NCBI GenBank assembly: GCA_033764505.1
Contig: JANRIW010000020.1
Location: forward strand, 33,808-97,807
Length of the DNA stretch: 64,000 bases
Direction of reading: 5' to 3'
Origin: Gemmatimonadales bacterium
GTDB lineage: Bacteria > Gemmatimonadota > Gemmatimonadetes > Gemmatimonadales > GWC2-71-9
Below the pieces are notes generated by a model that worked only from the letters and a program-made list of their open reading frames with translations, did no database searches and had not been told where the DNA came from. The stretch's first letter is position 1; each line of letters begins with the position of its first letter. Shown piece by piece: positions 60,949 through 64,000 of this stretch. The translations under genes were made by a program, and so were the position numbers.

Positions 60949-61185
60949 CGGCGAACGGCGAACGGCGAACAGCGAACGGCGATGATGGATGATCGATGAT
61001 CGATGATCGGGAGATTGTCATCCTGAGCGGAGCGACGGCGAAGCCGGCGCGCAGTCGAAGGACCTCTCTCCGGGCCTCCCGGCAAGAGGTCCTTCGACTG
61101 CGCAGCCTTTCAGGCTGCTCCGCTCAGGATGACAACCTCTCGGTCCCCGGTCCTGGCGGTTCGCCGTTCGCCGTTCGCTGTTCGC
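60949..61185. repeat. composite: heptamers / full element / inverted heptamers
   Basis: GCGAACG/GATGATC units. Element at 61017..61133. GTTCGCC/GTTCGCT units. Confidence 0.9.
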
Positions 61186-61280
61186 GCCCCCCCATGATCC
61201 GATTCGCCGCCGTTCTGCGCATGACGGAATACCCCTGACCCGGCCGGGTCGATGGGAATTTCTGTCACATTGGAGGCAGC

Positions 61281-61907
61281 ATGCGCAGTCGTTTCATTCT
61301 GGGAGCGCTCCTGGTCGCGCTCGGAGCGGCGCCGGCCTCGGCGCAATGGACCTATGACTTCACCTCGACCATGGACATCGGTGGGGTGAACCAGACGTAC
61401 GCGTTCACCCTGACCACCGGGGGGCCGATCAACTCGGGCGGCTACTGGAACCCCGCCACCTGCACCATCACCCCCGGCACCGCCGGGACCGACTATTCCA
61501 TCTGCGACCAGCCCGAGATCGATCCGAACGGCTTCGGGACCGGCTTTGCCTACGTCGGCGCCCGATTCCTGAGCTTCGACATCCTGACCAACAATCCGAC
61601 CGGCGGCGGTGCCGGCTTCTTCTGGTTCGCGGCGGGGACCTTCTCCACGCCGGGGACGTACAGTCGGGTGCCGGACGGGACCACGATCAGCGCGCCGAAC
61701 CCGCTGTTCGACCCCAATGCCGTCTGTAACGACCCCAACGACGATCCGTGCCGCGACACCAACTACTACGGCAGCGCGGGTCCGGCGACGCTCATTGTCC
61801 GGGGTCCTGGCGGGAGCTCCGACGTGGTGCCGGAACCGGCCACGCTGACCCTGCTGGCCACGGGCTTGGTGGGGATGGCGGGGGCGAGGCGGCGGCGGGG
61901 GAAGTAG
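61281..61907 (+). CDS. PEP-CTERM sorting-domain protein
   Basis: Signal peptide, and the C-terminal VPEPATLTLLATGLVGMAGARRRRGK motif. Confidence 0.8.
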   Translation: MRSRFILGALLVALGAAPASAQWTYDFTSTMDIGGVNQTYAFTLTTGGPINSGGYWNPATCTITPGTAGTDYSICDQPEIDPNGFGTGFAYVGARFLSFDILTNNPTGGGAGFFWFAAGTFSTPGTYSRVPDGTTISAPNPLFDPNAVCNDPNDDPCRDTNYYGSAGPATLIVRGPGGSSDVVPEPATLTLLATGLVGMAGARRRRGK

Positions 61908-61917
61908 GGGTCAGATT

Positions 61918-61990
61918 GTCGTCTTGAGCGAACGAGGTCCTTCGACTTCGCCCCGCCGCCCTCCGGGGGCGGGGCTACGCTCAGGATGAC
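61918..61990. repeat. divergent short GTCGTCTTGAGCG...CGCTCAGGATGAC element
   Basis: GTCGTCTTGAGCGAACGAGGTCCTTCGACTTCGCCCCGCCGCCCTCCGGGGGCGGGGCTACGCTCAGGATGAC. Confidence 0.75.
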
Positions 61991-62131
61991 AAACCTTGGT
62001 GCTTGACAGCCCCGGTACCTGACCTCATCTTTGTTCGCATCCCGAACAAAGCACGGTCCGGCTCCCGCTCTGCGCCCCTCCCCCGGGCCTCTGGGGACGG
62101 ATCCTCCGAACCCGCACCGGAGTCCCGCCCC

Positions 62132-63994
62132 ATGGTTGCTCGCCCCTCCACTCGCCGGATCGCCGCCTCCTTCGGCCTGGCACTCCTCGCCGCCTGTGGC
62201 CGCGACACCTCGACCCTCCCGGACGCCTCCTCGCCAGTCATCGCGGGGGTGTACCTCACCAACTTCGTCTCGGCGTCGTTCCAAGCCTTCGGCGGCTCCG
62301 ACCTCGGGGCGCTGAGCATCGACGCGTCCACGGTCCGCAACGGGACGGCCGCCATCAAGATCGTGGTGCCGGATGCCGGCAGCTACGCGGGCGGCGCGTT
62401 CGTCGCCGACGCGGGCCGCGACCTCTCGAGCTTCAATGCGCTGACCTTCTATGTGAAGGCCACCAAGAACGCCACGCTCAACGTGGCCGGCCTCGGCAAC
62501 GACAACACCGGCACCTCGCGCTTCACCGCCGAGCGCGCCGCGATCCCGCTCACCACGACGTGGACCAAGGTCATCCTTCCGATTCCGCTGGCGGCCAAGC
62601 TCACCAATGAGCGTGGACTCTTCTATTTCGCGGAAGGTCCGGAGGATGGCGCGGGGTATACCTTCTGGCTCTCCGAGATCAAGTTCGAAACCGTCACCAC
62701 CATCAGCAATCCGCGGCCAGCGATGGCCACCCTCACGGCCGATGTTGGCGTGGGTGGCACGACCACGGTGGCGGGTCCGGCAGTCACGTTCGCGGTGGGC
62801 GGCGCCGATCAGACACTCGCCATTGCTCCGGGTTACTTCACCTTCACGTCGTCGGATCCGACCATCGCCACCGTCTCGGCGACGGGTGTGGCGACGCTGA
62901 TCGCGCCCGGCACCGCCACCATCTCCGCCAAGCTCGGCACGACCGACGTGGCGGGCACCCTCACGATCCGCACCGCCACCGGTCCGGCGACCGCCGCCCC
63001 GGTGCCGACGCGGCCGCAGGTCGATGTGGTGTCGCTCTTCTCCAATACCTACACCAACGCCACGATCGACACCTGGTCGGCCGTGTGGGATCAGGCGGAC
63101 GTGGCGGACATCGCCATCGCCGGCAATGACGCCAAGCGCTACACCAACCTGGTCTTCGCGGGGGTCGAGTTCACGACCACGCCGGTCAACGCCACCGCGA
63201 TGACCTCGATGCACCTCGACGTCTACCCGTCCGGTGCGGACCCGCTCAAGGTCAAGCTGGTGGACTTCGGGGCCAATGGTGCGTTCGGTGGCGGCGACGA
63301 CACGGAGCACGAGGTCACCGTCCCGGTCACCGCCGGCGTCTGGAACAGCCTCGACATTCCGCTCGCGAACTTCACCGGGCTCACCGGGCGCAGCAAGCTG
63401 GCGCAGATGATCATCTCCGGCGGCAGCGCGACCATGTACTTCGACAACATCTACTTCTTCCGGACCGTGGTGCCCACGTCACCGCCGGCAGCGGCGCCGA
63501 CGCCGACCTTCGCCGCGGTGGACGTGGTCTCGCTCTTCAGCAACGCCTACACCAACAGCGCGGTGAACACCTGGTCGGCGGACTGGGACCAGGCCGACGT
63601 GGCCGACGTCTCGATCGGCGGCAACACCACCAAGCACTACACCAACCTGGTCTTCGCGGGGATCGAGTTCACCGGTACCACCGTGAACGCCACCGGGATG
63701 ACGCACTTCGTCTTCGACCTCTGGACGCCGTCGCCCACGGGCGCGCCGAACGTCTTCAAGGTCAAGCTGGTGGACTTCGGCGCCAATGGCGTCTTCGGCG
63801 GCGGAGACGAGGTCGAGCACGAGCTGACCTTCACCAGCACCACGACCCCGGCGCTGGCCACCGGGCAGTGGGTTCGCTTCGAGATTCCGCTCTCGGCCTT
63901 CACCGGCCTGACCACCCGCGGGCACCTCGCGCAGTTGATCATTTCCGGCAACCTCAGTACGGTGTTCCTCGACAACGTGCTGTTCCGGAAGTAG
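62132..63994 (+). CDS. surface lipoprotein with Big_2-like domain and two tandem ~155-aa carbohydrate-binding-like modules
   Basis: Lipobox ALLAACG. FTSSDPTIATVSATGVATLIAPGTATISA (Big_2). Modules duplicated at about 63014..63462 and 63509..63988. Confidence 0.8.
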   Translation: MVARPSTRRIAASFGLALLAACGRDTSTLPDASSPVIAGVYLTNFVSASFQAFGGSDLGALSIDASTVRNGTAAIKIVVPDAGSYAGGAFVADAGRDLSSFNALTFYVKATKNATLNVAGLGNDNTGTSRFTAERAAIPLTTTWTKVILPIPLAAKLTNERGLFYFAEGPEDGAGYTFWLSEIKFETVTTISNPRPAMATLTADVGVGGTTTVAGPAVTFAVGGADQTLAIAPGYFTFTSSDPTIATVSATGVATLIAPGTATISAKLGTTDVAGTLTIRTATGPATAAPVPTRPQVDVVSLFSNTYTNATIDTWSAVWDQADVADIAIAGNDAKRYTNLVFAGVEFTTTPVNATAMTSMHLDVYPSGADPLKVKLVDFGANGAFGGGDDTEHEVTVPVTAGVWNSLDIPLANFTGLTGRSKLAQMIISGGSATMYFDNIYFFRTVVPTSPPAAAPTPTFAAVDVVSLFSNAYTNSAVNTWSADWDQADVADVSIGGNTTKHYTNLVFAGIEFTGTTVNATGMTHFVFDLWTPSPTGAPNVFKVKLVDFGANGVFGGGDEVEHELTFTSTTTPALATGQWVRFEIPLSAFTGLTTRGHLAQLIISGNLSTVFLDNVLFRK

Positions 63995-64000
63995 TCCTCA

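Overview
High-G+C bacterial chromosome segment, by eye in the high 60s %. The gene content (PEP-CTERM protein, many lipoproteins, Ig-like surface proteins) suggests a soil Gemmatimonadota-like organism, but that is inference only. I call about 75 protein genes, one tRNA-Phe and one decayed pseudogene. I see no rRNA, CRISPR array, integrase or transposase. Core genes include upp, clpP, a CoA-transferase, a PQQ sugar dehydrogenase, two ADH/MDR enzymes, a DDAH-like enzyme with an APC permease, TetR and AraC regulators, vapBC, a MutS-related ATPase, phnA and a di-haem peroxidase. Two things stand out. (1) About 31.2-43.65 kb is a visibly lower-G+C island made only of defence-type genes. It holds an orphan PD-(D/E)xK-like ORF, an EVE-HNH fusion, and a complete HTH-Dcm/Vsr/EcoRII operon. 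It also holds a second Dcm with a Z1-domain NTPase and a small unknown protein. Its most interesting part is a translationally coupled three-gene operon (33395-36827): a GHKL (MORC/sacsin-like) ATPase plus two proteins with no recognisable domains. I consider this operon the best candidate for an undescribed system. (2) Almost every core intergenic region carries nested palindromic composites. These are in-phase heptanucleotide arrays flanking GTCATCCTGAGCG/GTCGAAGGACC multi-hairpin elements, a roughly 180-nt palindromic MITE-like element, and CCGCGGCC-N4-GGCCGCGG hairpins. The repeats supply stop codons and C-termini of several genes and abut start codons. They have overwritten a cytosine deaminase gene, and they are completely absent from the island. 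Many long opposite-strand ORFs in the supplied track are high-G+C shadow ORFs and were not called.
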